From Balanoglossus misakiensis (taxonomy: Eukaryota > Animalia > Hemichordata), in assembly GCA_040954595.2 (NCBI GenBank), contig CM082596.2:372001-436000 (forward strand): 64,000 nucleotides of DNA. Reading direction: 5' to 3'. This document shows, piece after piece, positions 38,436 to 51,400 of this stretch. The number at the start of each line of letters is the position of its first letter. Positions within the stretch are counted from its first letter, which is position 1. The translations under genes were made by a program, and so were the position numbers. The notes under the pieces were generated by a model. The model had not been told where the DNA came from. It worked only from the letters and a program-made list of their open reading frames with translations, and ran no database searches.

Positions 38436-39290
38436 TTACTGTATACTGGCAGTGCTGTCTTCAACACCATTCACAGCTTCTGTATTTTCTGTTTCTGTTT
38501 GTCTTGGACCTCGTTTTCTTGGCTTGCGCTGTGGTAAGGCATCTCCACTCTTTACTGGAATTTTCTCATTTCGGTTTTCATCTTTGGTTGTTTCTCCGTT
38601 GATACTCACGTCTCCATTCATCTTCGGTGTGTTTACATCTTTTTGAAGCTCTGTCGGATCCGAGTTCTGGCTTCTCTTCATCTCAGACACTGGAGCATCT
38701 TTGATCCCATTCTCTTCCGGTTTTCCTTTCTCCACATCCAAGCCTTCCTTCTTTCCATCACCTTTGCCCAAACCATTACTTTGACCATTCTCTTGTGCCA
38801 CTTTTACATCACCAGTTCTCACACTGTCGCTGCTGCGCTTCTCGGCATTATGCCAGTTTTGTCTCTGTCTATTGTAATTGTTCCTGTGACCTCTATCCCA
38901 TCCCTGACCTTGTCTCCCTGACCTCTGACCTTTATTTGGGGACTGCATCCTTTGGGGGTTTCCTTGGTGACCAGATGCTGATCTCTTAGGTGAGTTTGGA
39001 GGAGACAGGTTTGTATTCTGAGTTGTCTGACTGACACTTTCCTGTTTACTTCCGGCACCAGTCTTGCCTTCACTTGCATCCTTGACATTCCCTTCATTTT
39101 GCTGAGCCTTGTTCTGCATCTTTTGCCGGTAGTTTTCCCGACGTCTAGCATTCCGTTGTTTTGTTGGACTTCCTGGTTGTGAATGTGCATTTCCATCACT
39201 CTGCTGCTGATCAGGTCTGGAAGTTTTCTCTCTTGCAAAACGATTTTGTCTGCCTTGATATCGTCCTCCCCTGTCTCGTGATGGTCCACC
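38436..39290 (-). CDS. SPATS2: SPATS2 exon 12 (disordered R/G/Q-rich tail, stop)
   Basis: GGPSRDRGGRYQGRQNRF...MQNKAQQ...LPQRKPRKRGPR...STASIQ*. Confidence 0.88.
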   Translation of the reverse strand, partial: GGPSRDRGGRYQGRQNRFAREKTSRPDQQQSDGNAHSQPGSPTKQRNARRRENYRQKMQNKAQQNEGNVKDASEGKTGAGSKQESVSQTTQNTNLSPPNSPKRSASGHQGNPQRMQSPNKGQRSGRQGQGWDRGHRNNYNRQRQNWHNAEKRSSDSVRTGDVKVAQENGQSNGLGKGDGKKEGLDVEKGKPEENGIKDAPVSEMKRSQNSDPTELQKDVNTPKMNGDVSINGETTKDENRNEKIPVKSGDALPQRKPRKRGPRQTETENTEAVNGVEDSTASIQ

Positions 39291-42200
39291 CTACAATTGC
39301 ATCAATTTGAACAACAAAAACACATTTACTATCTGACACTGAACAGATGGACACCCACATAACTTTACTGTTGCCAGATCAACAACAAGATTTGGCAATA
39401 ACCATAGATGACAATAATGGGGACTAACCTGCCGAAAGTTGATAGATTTCTGTAATTTCGCTGCCAACTCTGCAATCTCTGCTGAGCTGTGCTCCTCTAC
39501 TTCATCTTCCTGTTGTTTTTTGATGCTGCCAACAGAGGGCGCTGTTGGACTGGTGGGGGTTGGCAGGGGTGTTACCTCTTCATGGCTAACGATGCTACTT
39601 GTGATAGAAGATACTGAGGGGCGACGTTGTCCATAGTGACCCTTGATTGGAATAACCTCACCATAATCTCTTATTAGCTGATGATGACAAAATGAATACA
39701 TTTATGTTGATGAGTTCTTTTCCAGAGTGAGAATACAAAAGCAATGTTCATACAATGTCCTCCACTTCAATCTCATAACAAGCTTGGTTTCCCTGATTGA
39801 TTTAATGAGATATAAAACACTTGTAACTTACATGTATAAGATGTTCATCTTCCCATTGAAATCGTATAGTTTTTCCAATCTCTTCATCAACCTTTCGTTC
39901 ACCAACAAAATTCTACAAAGAAGCAGTAAAGTTTGGATGTTACCCATTTGGATTTGATGTTTTAGAAACATTACCAACTTTGTCTGCTGCAGTTTGTGTA
40001 TTCAATGCTGTTCCCAGTGAAATAATGACACCAATGATGAAAGAGGTTTAGAAAAGATAGTACATGTACCTTGATTTCTGCTTTTAGGTCAGCTATTTCA
40101 CTTTCTTTCATGGAATGAGCACGGTCTGTCATCATTTTGAGTTCAACGGCTTTTTTCTGTCTCTCTTCAAGCAACTTATCTGTTTAGGGATGAATCAGAA
40201 AATGGCCATTAATTAGGACGGGGATTAACTGGCAAGTTGCAACTGGGTCCAGGAAGTTCGCAAGGTAAGGGAACAGTGAGCTCTCTGAGATTGTCAGAAA
40301 CTTATAAACTTAAAATAAACTGATGAGACAAAATTGACCTACTTCCTTGAACTTTGACAGCTTTCAGTTGTCTTGTCAGTTCCTCTTCTCTCTCATTAAG
40401 GCTGAAAAATCAAATTCAAAGATACAAACAAAATTAGTAGATTGAAAACTTTCATAATCCCAAGCTCCACATAAAGTCATTCCGGCCTTTACGGCTTTAA
40501 TCCCTACATATCATCTTGCAGGAGTCTTCCCAACTTCTTCCAAACAGAAGCAATTCTTCGCTCAGTTCACTTGAGTCAGAAAGATTGAAAATGCAATGTT
40601 GTTAACATTAAGGCTTGGACAATCTTTGATATAAAGAGTTCCACCAGTATCTGTGGTGACTGACTTACTATTTGTGCATTTCTTCCATGGTCTTTTTCAA
40701 TCTCTTGCAAGCCTTTTCATATTCATCATCCAGCAAGTTCTTGTAGCGTGTTAGTGGTACTGTAGTTCTCTGCAGATCCTTGACTGATCTTTCTAATACT
40801 GCAACTGTGGAGAGAAATAATCAAAGAAATATGAGAAGGAAAATAAGACATTTGTGCTGGGGTAGCTGGCATGACCCACTCAACCCCAATGGGTTCCTGG
40901 GAGAGCTGATGGGATCACATTTTGACCCAATCATACAATTTAGAAGATGTCTGGGTGATTGTTCAGCTAACTTTGGTTTCAGAATGATGTGGCAGGCCAT
41001 GTACATGTGCCCCCTACATTAGTAGAAAACACCACTGGAGGCGAAAAGAACTGCCTGTGTGATTGTATGCATATATCACATTACAGACACAGTTAATACA
41101 TGTGGCACAGTGAAAGTATAGGATATCGCAATATCTGACGAGGTCTCAGCCAGTTTCTGTCTTGCAAGCAACAAAATGCACACAAGCGTGCTACATGTAG
41201 ATGTGTGGTTAAGAATAGTTTCACAATTACTGGTTAATGTGAGAACACAGACGTACAGTGCATGACACAAATTGTCTACTTCAGCAGAAATAGCGCAGAC
41301 ATGCACATACATACACACAAGACAGATAGACAATGTTAGTAAATACAAGAGTAAACTCACATAATTCCAGTAGGTAGAAAATGTTTATGGAACAATAAAG
41401 AAATATATGTGTTACTGTGTTAGCACAAGAATGGGGAAACATTTTTCACAACTTCTGAAAACTGGGTCAGACCGCAGTCAGGATTTATAAACAATCTGCA
41501 GACAGTGTACCACTGACCTCTGTGAACTAGGTTTTAAAAATAAACTGACATATAACTTTATCATAGAAGACCAACTTGCGCTGAAAAGATCTCTTTGTAA
41601 TCAAGCATATTCATAGCAAACTGAGACAAAGCTCATATCCCCATGAGAACTTTGAAAACCATTTCAATACAGTTGGACTATTCTTGGCTCTGTATTAGTA
41701 CAATATAGAAACTCCAAATATTGAGATTTTCACATTAGTCTGATTGACTCAAAGACTTGCTGATGGAACTCACTTGTCTTCTTGGGTTTATTCCTTGATT
41801 CAGGATTGGATGATTCACTGGGATTACGGCTCCTTGCAGAATGATCCTTATTCTCAGAGTTGTTACGTGACCTGTTGTGACCTCTGCCCCCTGTGTGTGA
41901 TTGGCCGCCATGTGACAGGGATGCTGATGACTTGGACTGTGGTTTTGATGATGATGGTTGTGTTGTTGTTGTTGTTGATGGCTCGGATGAAGATTTCTGT
42001 TTGTTTGCTGAAGATGCTGAGTTCGCATCACCTTCAACCTTCTTTGTTTCCTCACCATTCTTCACTTCTGAATCATTTTGTTGTGGTAGATCAAGTGTGT
42101 TTGGTTTTTCTTCTGCCAAAAGAAAAACATTTACAAGGATGACTTTACCTGTTCAAGTTTTGTCACAACAATTTCAAGATGATCTAGTTCCTGTTGATGC

Positions 42201-45200
42201 TAAGGAGAGAAGTCCCAGAGACAGAACAGGCCAATTTGCTGACAATTTTCTACGCTTTACAAGACAATTATATGTAAAAATACCACATTAACATTATCCC
42301 TTTGTTTAAACTTACTTGTTTTGATGCTCGTGTTAGTCTGGTTTGAATGAGCCACACCTGGTTCCTCTGGGGCTCCCTTCACTTCCTTTTCACTTTTGGA
42401 ACCATTTGAAGTTTTTTGTTGTTGTGGTGTCTCTTTGGTTTTCTGCTCTGTTGTTTCTGATGCTTGTTGTTGTTGTGACTGCTGCTGTTGTCCTTTCTTT
42501 TTGTGTTTCTTTTTGTTATTCTGCCAACAAGGAATTCACAGCAAGAAAATCTTTTTACAACTGTTCTTTTCATTATCTGGTAGTTTCTCTACAAATAATG
42601 GTGATGTCAGTCGCAAGTAATGATGATGTAGACAACACATACTGATGATGCAAACAACACATACTGATTGAGTAAACAAGTATACTCAATACGCAAGATC
42701 TCACATTCATTTTTGATGTCAGATCTTGTCAGCGTTGACATCACAAGTATAACCACACACCTTTGTCTTTTTTCCTGTAAAATTCCAACCTTTAAGTATT
42801 TCATCAGCGCTATCTGTGAGGAGGGGAAAAAATTAGTTTAGTTACTTTTTCAACAACCCTGAAAACATTTCACAACACATGCACAAAACATAATTCAAAT
42901 CATACTTTCTAATCATATTTCGAAGGCTCTGTATCTAATCTAATTTCTGATATCTATCCGGAGAGCTTTCGGGCAAATCTTATTTCTGATTTATAATAAT
43001 CATACTTACCACCTTCAAGGAATGCTTGGATTGTTTTATCAACATCATTATCAAAATGTTGTAGAACTAGAAGGATATCGTCGTTGCTAGAATGATTGAC
43101 TACTTCACGTACTGCAGCAATCTAGTAAGAAAGGAATGAATGGAATATTTTACATGGAAACTAACCTACTACTTGTAATTATGTATATATACATGCAGAG
43201 ACCCCACACATCAGTTGACATTTCATGGAATCTGAATGTAGCCAATGGCAACATCTGCTAAGCATTTTCAAAACAGTCAGGATTTGTAACTGATCAGGAA
43301 GGTCAAGTGCATAGACTTTGTGGGAAATGTCCTAATATCTGGGATTGAATTTCATCATTTAAGTCCAATGTCACCATCAACAAAGTTGACTTGTCCTAAG
43401 TTCAAGGTCACTCTCTGATTGTCCTGGCTGGTTGTGGTATGATATCAATGCACAAGCAATCAGCTAGGTTTCAAAGCATTCCATGGATCCTTGCGACCAG
43501 TCTAGACAGTAGTAACGAATGAAGTATGTAGCAATGCCGATGTCAAATTCACCATGTCCAAACTGTCACTCAATATATGCTTAAAACATTTCATGAATGT
43601 TTCGTTGTGGATTTCTTTTCATATATGTGCATGGTGAAATAAACAGCATCCCCCTCTCTTTCTCTCCATCTGTCACCCCAACCCAGTCACTGAACCCCCC
43701 CCCCCCCCACCCCCACCCCAGTCAGGGTCTCTCCCCTCCCTATGGTCAACATCCCATCAGTTATCCAGTGCATTAACCTCAACTCACAGCTGAATAAGAA
43801 AACAGTCAATAATCAGTTAATTTCAGACATATGGTCTGACTAGACCAGAATATACCATCATTTCATTTTTTTCCATTTCCTATAAATATTGGAACAGCTG
43901 TTTAGTTCCTATGTAATTACCTGTTGACACGAAAGCTGAAATGATTTTCCAAACTGTCAGTCAAAGATGTAAAATGCCAAATAAATGTCAAATAAAACAA
44001 ATACAATAGAATCCTAGGAGTGGTTTACCAAATACGATCTGAGACCTGTACATAGTCAGCGAGAGTGTCTTGTCAGACGGATTTCAAAAACAGAAAACAA
44101 CTCCAGACAACCACTTCCTTGACAGACAGATCTATTGTACTGATGATTGCTTTAAACAGGAAAGCTGATGAGAGGATCACAAAGGTTATGGGTGGAGTTG
44201 TGGGAGGGGGTGACAAGATCAATGTTGGGGGAAATGGTTGGAAGATGATGGATGTACAAACATTGAAGACACTTCTTGAGAAGGGAAGGTGACGAGCTGA
44301 AAGTGGTACAATGACAAAAACACTTGACAAGGGTTCGGCCATCAGTTGCAAGGACGGATGCTCACTTAACCAAGAGGTCAGAAACATTCACTCGAAGTCT
44401 GATTTCAAGGGTAATGACCAGACTGCACATTCAACTCACAGTCCCACCTACAAGTGAACCAATGTCCAAGATACAGTCGCAAAGGGCTGACATGCAGTAC
44501 TGGAGCACCCAAAAGACAAATCTTGGAGTTGGACAATGGCTGGAACAACCTAAGGCTTGGTCAAGGCCTGAACACAGTCGGCCAGACCCGCCCAAGTCTC
44601 TTACAAAAGCGGTTTTACACACGCTGTAAAATCTTCTTTTATGTACAACAGTTGTTACTGCTGCCTGTACTGTAGTTCCCTTGGGAGATGGTGATCTATA
44701 TGACAGGGTCACCTTGTAATAGGGTCTGAGGTTAGTCTACGCAAGACTAAAATTTGTGCCAAGCAAGTCAAAAGTACACCTGGCTGATTTCAGTCCACTG
44801 CTACTGTTCTATCTCATTTTTGATGCGACTGTCAGACATCTTCACCACTTGGTCCAGCCCTTCACTATCCAGTGACAAAACCTACTCATCTTTACCATTG
44901 CACACTCATTACTCACTTTGCCTTTGACATTATCTTGGGACTTTGAAGTCTGCGCCATTACTGCTTTGGTCTTCGTATCAAAATACACTTCAGATGAATC
45001 TGTGGAATACAAAAAATACAAAATACACCTCAAAATGTGCCTTTATGAATCTGAGAAATACAAGTAAATACAGGATACATACACATATACATAGTACACG
45101 TACCGCTGATAAATACTTAACAAGATGAATACTAGCATTAGCAAAGGACAACAGTAACTTCAACAGGTCAGTATTGGTATTGCAAATGATGCTAAACACA

Positions 45201-48200
45201 CCACCTACTGTAACAGAGTATGATGTGGCATTTTCCAAACTTGATGACAGTGCAGAGACATGCAATATACATACACACGTGACCAACTGGTTTATTTTCT
45301 TGTAAACATTGGGTTTTTAGGAGTTCACAGGAGCACTATTACACCCACACAATTGGTAACTGAACACCGCCCAAAAACTTTATAATTCTATGCTTGTGCC
45401 AAGAATCAGACAAACAACAAATGTGATTTATATTCACAAATGAGTATTTCCCCAACAGTCACCATGGAGTGTGGATGTATTGGGTCATTGTCCGAAATTC
45501 AACATCACTATTGCCACGTGAGCACACTCATCACAAACCCTGGATTAACGCAGTGACAAAATTATAAGCACGTAACAAGGCAAAGCATTTTATATGATTT
45601 CACAGCAAAGTCATGCAAGCATTTATGATAAATCAAGTCTTACTGGAGATAATAGCTTCACACCTTTACAACATGGCCGATATTTGCTGGGCAATTACAC
45701 TTTAACATGTACATATCAACCAGTTTTTGAAGGTTACTTTGGTAAGCAACAAATGTTATATCAGCCAATACCAATGGTAACCTAATTAGGCTACTTGTCA
45801 TGAACATTTTTGTCACAGATGCATTTAGTGGAAATAATTACATCCTTCATAAACCAAGGTGAGAGAAGCAACAAAGGCATAAACCAAAATCACTGTCGTT
45901 GAAAAGAGTTGGAAATGAACACTGACACTGAAATGATGTCAGTGAGTGAATATTCAATTTGATGAGAACATACGCACTGTACGAGCACATGTTTGTTTGA
46001 AATAATGAATCAAGGAACCGTATTAAATGTAATAGAAACTGGATAAATTTGCAAATTAGTAAATTAATCCATGGCATAATTATTCAAAAACAAATACTGT
46101 ACATGGCTTACAGTTGCCATAGCAACTTTTGGCTTTTTTATCCCATTTTTGTTCCTGCTGTGCCAAATTCCATTAATACATAAAATTTATTATCATAGGA
46201 TCCTATTTAAAGCTCTATGTGTTATGAATGAAAAAGCAAATAATGTTCTGATAGAACTGTACAGTTATTTCTCCTATTGAAATGAACAAATTTGAGCTCA
46301 GCTATAAAAACAATTTCAATGTGTACATTGTATAAGGGTACAATGCTGTGGTACATTTACCGAACATCTGGTGTGGAACTGTGACAACATCAGCATTTCT
46401 AATTAAATATTCATGTTGAATTGTGAGAGCTCTCTGAATGGTACCATTTCATCATTTATGCACTGAAAGCACAGCTGACTTATACACAGCAAATGTGTCT
46501 TTGTCATCTCAAAATATCATCAGCATAAATAAATACATTAATATAGCTAGCACAACTCAATGGGAATCTCTCATCACGTAAAGGCCACTAACCTGTAGAG
46601 GAATGCAATTAGTGATAAGTCCACATTATTTTACCTGACTGTGAAAACAACCACACACATTGTACATCAACAGTTCCTTCCCGTGAACATTGTACTGGTT
46701 GCAACATGCAAGTGTCCAAGGTGACATTCTACACTACATGTAACTGGTTTTTAAACATTTGTCAGAAAATATCTTTACCCTTAAATACCCTTAAAATACA
46801 TGTACACCTTTCATTAAGAAATGGTGATATAGAATCTTTGCCTCATTTCATGTTTCCACTAACATTACAATGTAAATGCTATATTTGTTTTTATTGGTTA
46901 TTTTTTAATTGTTTATTTACCCATCATGCAACAGGCATAACACCCACTCACAGGATGAGGTGTGATCGAGAGATGAGAAGTAAAGAGCCTTGCTCAAGGA
47001 TATTCTGCAGAGTCTTCTGGGGGTCTGCAAACTACCAACCTCCTCTACTCGAGTGGATATGAGTAAACATATTGTGCAGGGATTGATCAATGTGCAGCCT
47101 TATCCATACACATGCCTTGTCTTGCATCAGGCCAATTGCAAGCAAGGTCATTTGGAGTTTCCGAGAAGACTCATGTCAAGTTAAGCCTAACAGCACAAGG
47201 CAATTGCTACTCTACAATGATGGAAAACCTTGTGTTGTATAACACCACTTGGCAAAGTGTCAACCAAGTTTGGATGTTTTTCATTTTTATCAAGATGATA
47301 CATATGAGGTGTACATGTGGACATTATGATCAGACAGTGGTGGTTGTACTGTTGTAGTTGTAATTTTAAGTTTACTGAATATCTCATGTAGTATAGTGTT
47401 TACAAAATGACAAGGAAGTTGGCAGGAACAGATAATCTGTTTTACATACAATGTAGACATTGTGGCATACTGACCAAGGTTCACAGCTGAACCAAGTAAG
47501 GTTTCTAATCATTTAGTCCGGCATTCCACATGGGCAGAGATAAGACATCTACATGTATCATTGCCAGCTCTAAAAAATGCATCAACTTAGTTGTCGTATA
47601 TTTGAACTACCAAATGAAGCAATGAAACAGAAAGTTTTTATAATGTCAGAAATTTACCACAGAGAAATCATTTGCTGATAACATCTGTGAAGATATGTAC
47701 AATTATAATAACAGTTAAGCCAAAATGATCAGCGTTTTGACACAAACATACAAGTTGAAGCAGACTGCTCACAGTATTGCCAAAAGGAAAAAAGTGTCAA
47801 GCACTCTCTTCGGGGAATTTGACCCTTTTTTCCAGGTCAAAATGCATTTAACATTCCCTGTGGTATAATTTATGGCCATCAATGACCCCAAATGACCTGA
47901 AGGTCAGATTCTTTGAGCATGTGTTTACCACCCTCAAGTAAATGGCAAAGTTGGTTGAAACTGGCTACCCTTTCAAGGCCATAGTTTGATCCAATGATCC
48001 GGATTTTAATGTATTAAGTAGGACCGCTGCATCAGAAAATAGGGGGAACATGAGATGCACATCCCCAGGACCAACATCCTAACTTTTCAATCAATGAATT
48101 TTCCTGGAGGAGACAAAGGTTACCACTCCAATTCCCAAGGAAAGCAATTGGATATTCCGAATTAGCTCCACATTATATTACTGGTGCCTGTTTCATGGCC

Positions 48201-51200
48201 AAGGTTTCTTCATGTGGGATTATAAATTTGACTTTTTGGTTTTTCAACGGCCTGCCACAGATTGACCTGATATTATCAGTGGCCTTTTCACTTTGTTGGT
48301 TGACATCAATTGTCCGATAAGGCATTCCACAAAAACAATCCTCTGTACTACACGTACATGTATGGTGGTGTTTCATGGGAGGCAAGATTTTGAAATGAAA
48401 TGTACATGTATGCATTTGGTAGAATTTCAGGGAGAACGCTATCCACAGTACAGTACAGATAGTCTAGTTGTTCATATAACTTGAGAGGATTTCTAGAAAC
48501 TTTCACTTTTGAATAGTGATGGATATGTACTCACTTGTCGAAATCCACTTGCCTTATCTCAATGACACACTGACTACAAATCATAGAAGAGAAACTACAT
48601 TACTCAGTGACTGGGAGTGGCTTGAATCAACTATTTGAACCTTTTGAAGTGGGATCTGGAAATGATGATCGCAAAACAATCTGCGACTCCCAGCTACTGC
48701 ATGCACCCAAAATGCTACGGTCAGCACGGTATTTTTCTCTCTGCTTGCATTTGAAAGTACCCCAGTCCTCGGAATCAGTGAAAAACATTCCAGGGTTTTC
48801 CTGTTTACATTGAGGCAAATGAAAATAACATTTGGAGAAGAATTTTAGCTGTGGCAAAATTAAACATGAACTATACATGTACACTTAGGTGACTTCTGAC
48901 ACAGACTTGCCACGTTTATCAAAACAAGTTGTAATTTTGATTATCAAGGTCAAGATGTTTATAAACATGATATTTATCATAGGTTTCTGCCGGAGTACAC
49001 AACTTCTACAAACTCCTGTCCACACCACAACATCAATGTTTTGCTCACAAGAAAACTACAAATGCTATCATCCTGTTTATCTCTTCTGTATTTTCTCTTG
49101 GTTTGACCTTTAATATTATTTTTTTTTTAAACAGCATAAAGGAGGATGTATCATGAGCAGACTTCAATAACATTGAAATTATTATCAAGAGAAGCCATGC
49201 ATGACTTCCCTGTATCTCTGAATCAATAGCTGTTCTATTCATAACCTATGGCATCTGTACAACTGCACTAAGACCTCACAGCTAGAAATGGTTCATTAAC
49301 TAGGAAGGATGCAACTGAAATCTACTTTGTACTTTCATATACAAGGAAGAAAATTATTTTTTGTTTCTGAAATGGACACCAATTTCATGTTACGTGCTTG
49401 TCTATGAAACATACGAATAGAGCATACACACAAACATTTGATAGATCACACCCAGAAATTATACATGACTGTTATTAACCATTATAACCAGATATAATTT
49501 GATACACTCAATTTTCATATCAATAACAAACAATGCACAAATGACTTATATTGTAATGTTAGCAATTTCAGTTTGGATTGATGAATCTTTTACTATTTCC
49601 ATCGAACCAAAGATAAACTCTGTTTTTATGAGAATTAATATTGTTCTTTCATTTAGTGTTCTTCTCAGAATTCTTCTTGTTATGAATTCCACGAAAGACT
49701 GGGTCATACCATTCACACAATGCTATGCTATCCACAATACTTGGGTGACTCAACTGTGTGTCCGGGTTCAACAAATTTGCATTGGCTAGCTTTCTCTGTC
49801 TATATCTGGCGTTGTCACTAAACATGTTAACACACGCTGTATTTCATTACTTGCATACTTCCTGAAGGAAAAGTGTAATCTAAAAGAGAACACTTTGATA
49901 TATTAAACTGATTTTGGGAAGGGGTAAACCAGTTTATAGAGAAAATAAGTCTATATGTGTGATTTATTTCCCCCTAACCTGAACAATTCACAAACAGTAC
50001 CATCACATGTTGTTACAATAGATTTAAAGAGTTCCACCCAGAACAATTCACAATGCTCACTCAGTTGAAACTAGTGATTTGAATATCAATAAAGGGTGTT
50101 TCCTTTTTTACCCTAACACATGGCGGTGTCACCCTGAACCAAGGTATTGAAAGTCCACACACACAGAGTCAGTGACGTACGTCTTTACTGGTCCTGCACC
50201 TGTGTTTTAATAACCTCTCGTTACGAAAGACGCAAGCTTAAATGATTATGAAAGTTCTCATGGGTCAGTTTCAAAATGTTTGTGAACACATACAACTTGA
50301 ACGACAACACGCTGTGTTTTAAAACAATACTCTCATTAATTTGATTAATTAAAGTTTCACAGAATTGAACAAACTCTTGTCATAAAACAGTAGCCACATA
50401 GATATAAACGCACTTCTGAAATCGTTAGATAAAGTTATCCATTTGAGTATGTCAGAGGTCACAAACAATTCCAATCGAAAAGTCAGACCGACTGAAAACT
50501 CCAGACGACCGCAGGAAAACCAGGCTCGCATTACACTACGAGTGTGGCCTTTCGAGACTGACAGCGTGGCACGCATGGCAAACCGGTAGCTTTCGCTGAA
50601 ATCGACATGGACGCTTTGTAAACAATACACAACATCGGCGAAACCGGTCGAAATATCAATGGGTCTGGCCCAAATTTTGCTAAAATGATGGAGTACAGCT
50701 AAGTGCAAGTGCTGTTGTACACATTGCTATTAAAATATTAACCGATCGAAGTATTTCAGCCCAGTTTTCCGCCGGAGGAGCCACTATCACACGGTTCGAA
50801 AAATCGAGAAAGCGACAGATTCAGATTACATAAAGCTTGGAACCGAGAGAAAACGTTCTGTTGCTAACACCATGGAAACGGCGACATATATCAGATTTTT
50901 ATGAACGTTCAGTTATTACACGTTTGTAAATTTCTAGCTAGAAGGCAGTAAAAGTCTTCATTCTCGTGAAAAGTTTGCAGTTCTTTACCAAACAATTGTC
51001 AGAGGAAAAGGTCAAAGCCGCGGATTATAAAATTATAGTGTGTTGCAAGTGCACGCCCGCCCGGTCGATTCAAGGCTGAATATGCGCCTAGCCTAGCCCG
51101 CCCTATAAAACTTAAGTGTTTCAAACAACAAGGTGAAAAGCCCCCATTTTCGAACTGGGTCTCTGTTGATGATATCAGGTAGACACATTTACAAAGAAAA

Positions 51201-51239
51201 ACGTCAATAGATACCTTTCTGTGCTTGTTTCTTGGCCAT
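38436..51239 (-). CDS. SPATS2: SPATS2/SPATS2L-family protein (DUF1387); 12 exons, 768 aa
   Basis: complement(join(38436-39290,39429-39677,39832-39912,40070-40179,40343-40401,40669-40804,41774-42112,42316-42520,42761-42813,43010-43121,44917-44999,51215-51239)). Total 2307 nt, phases consistent. Motifs IAAVREVV...ILLVLQHFDNDVDKTIQAFLEG, LERSVKDLQRTTVPLTRY, LKAEIKNFVGERKVDEEIG and LPQRKPR. Confidence 0.9.
39429..39677 (-). CDS. SPATS2: SPATS2 exon 11
   Basis: LIRDYGEVIPIKGHYGQRR...KLQKSINFRQ. Confidence 0.88.
39832..39912 (-). CDS. SPATS2: SPATS2 exon 10
   Basis: NFVGERKVDEEIGKTIRFQWEDEHLIH. Confidence 0.9.
40070..40179 (-). CDS. SPATS2: SPATS2 exon 9
   Basis: KLLEERQKKAVELKMMTDRAHSMKESEIADLKAEIK. 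Confidence 0.9.
40343..40401 (-). CDS. SPATS2: SPATS2 exon 8
   Basis: LNEREEELTRQLKAVKVQG. Confidence 0.88.
40669..40804 (-). CDS. SPATS2: SPATS2 exon 7
   Basis: AVLERSVKDLQRTTVPLTRYKNLLDDEYEKACKRLKKTMEEMHK. Confidence 0.92.
41774..42112 (-). CDS. SPATS2: SPATS2 exon 6 (Ser-rich linker)
   Basis: EKPNTLDLPQQ...SRNKPKKT. Confidence 0.85.
42316..42520 (-). CDS. SPATS2: SPATS2 exon 5
   Basis: NNKKKHKKKGQQQQSQQQQ...NTSIKT. Confidence 0.82.
42761..42813 (-). CDS. SPATS2: SPATS2 exon 4
   Basis: SADEILKGWNFTGKKTK. Confidence 0.88.
43010..43121 (-). CDS. SPATS2: SPATS2 exon 3 (UBA-like N-terminal domain)
   Basis: IAAVREVVNHSSNDDILLVLQHFDNDVDKTIQAFLEG. Confidence 0.92.
43695..43719 (-). repeat. 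Poly-G tract (potential G-quadruplex) in SPATS2 intron 2
   Basis: C14-A-C5-A-C4 on the plus strand. Confidence 0.7.
44917..44999 (-). CDS. SPATS2: SPATS2 exon 2
   Basis: SSEVYFDTKTKAVMAQTSKSQDNVKGK. Confidence 0.87.
51215..51239 (-). CDS. SPATS2: SPATS2 exon 1 (start codon)
   Basis: MAKKQAQK-G|gtatct. Phase 1 joins exon 2 to give KDSS, resembling the vertebrate N-terminus MSRKQNQKDSS as recalled. Confidence 0.8.
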
Positions 51240-51400
51240 CGTTGCAGAGACGTATAACGTATATACCCGGAAGTGTCTATTTCAGCTGTCAAGAATCCAC
51301 CCGAGGCAACCCGAATGTTACCGAATGCGCAATCAAAGCAACTCGGACGGCTCAGACCCAGTATACGCCGGTTCGTAGAAAAAAAGAACGGCTTCCATTG
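51240..51400 (-). promoter_or_regulatory. SPATS2 TATA-less promoter region with ETS site
   Basis: CCGGAAGT at 51267-51274; CpG-richer sequence directly upstream of the ATG. Confidence 0.5.

Noticed and set aside
38819-39289. 156-aa alternative-frame ORF over the last SPATS2 exon
   Set aside because: It starts at GTG and is explained by the compositional bias of a low-complexity exon
42149-42199. Exon-like block HQQELDHLEIVVTKLEQ in SPATS2 intron 5
   Set aside because: It is phase 0 within a phase-1 intron and would leave a downstream intron of only 36 nt
45400-45535. C/D-box snoRNA candidate in SPATS2 intron 1
   Set aside because: The C box is present but the D box is distant and there is no convincing terminal stem
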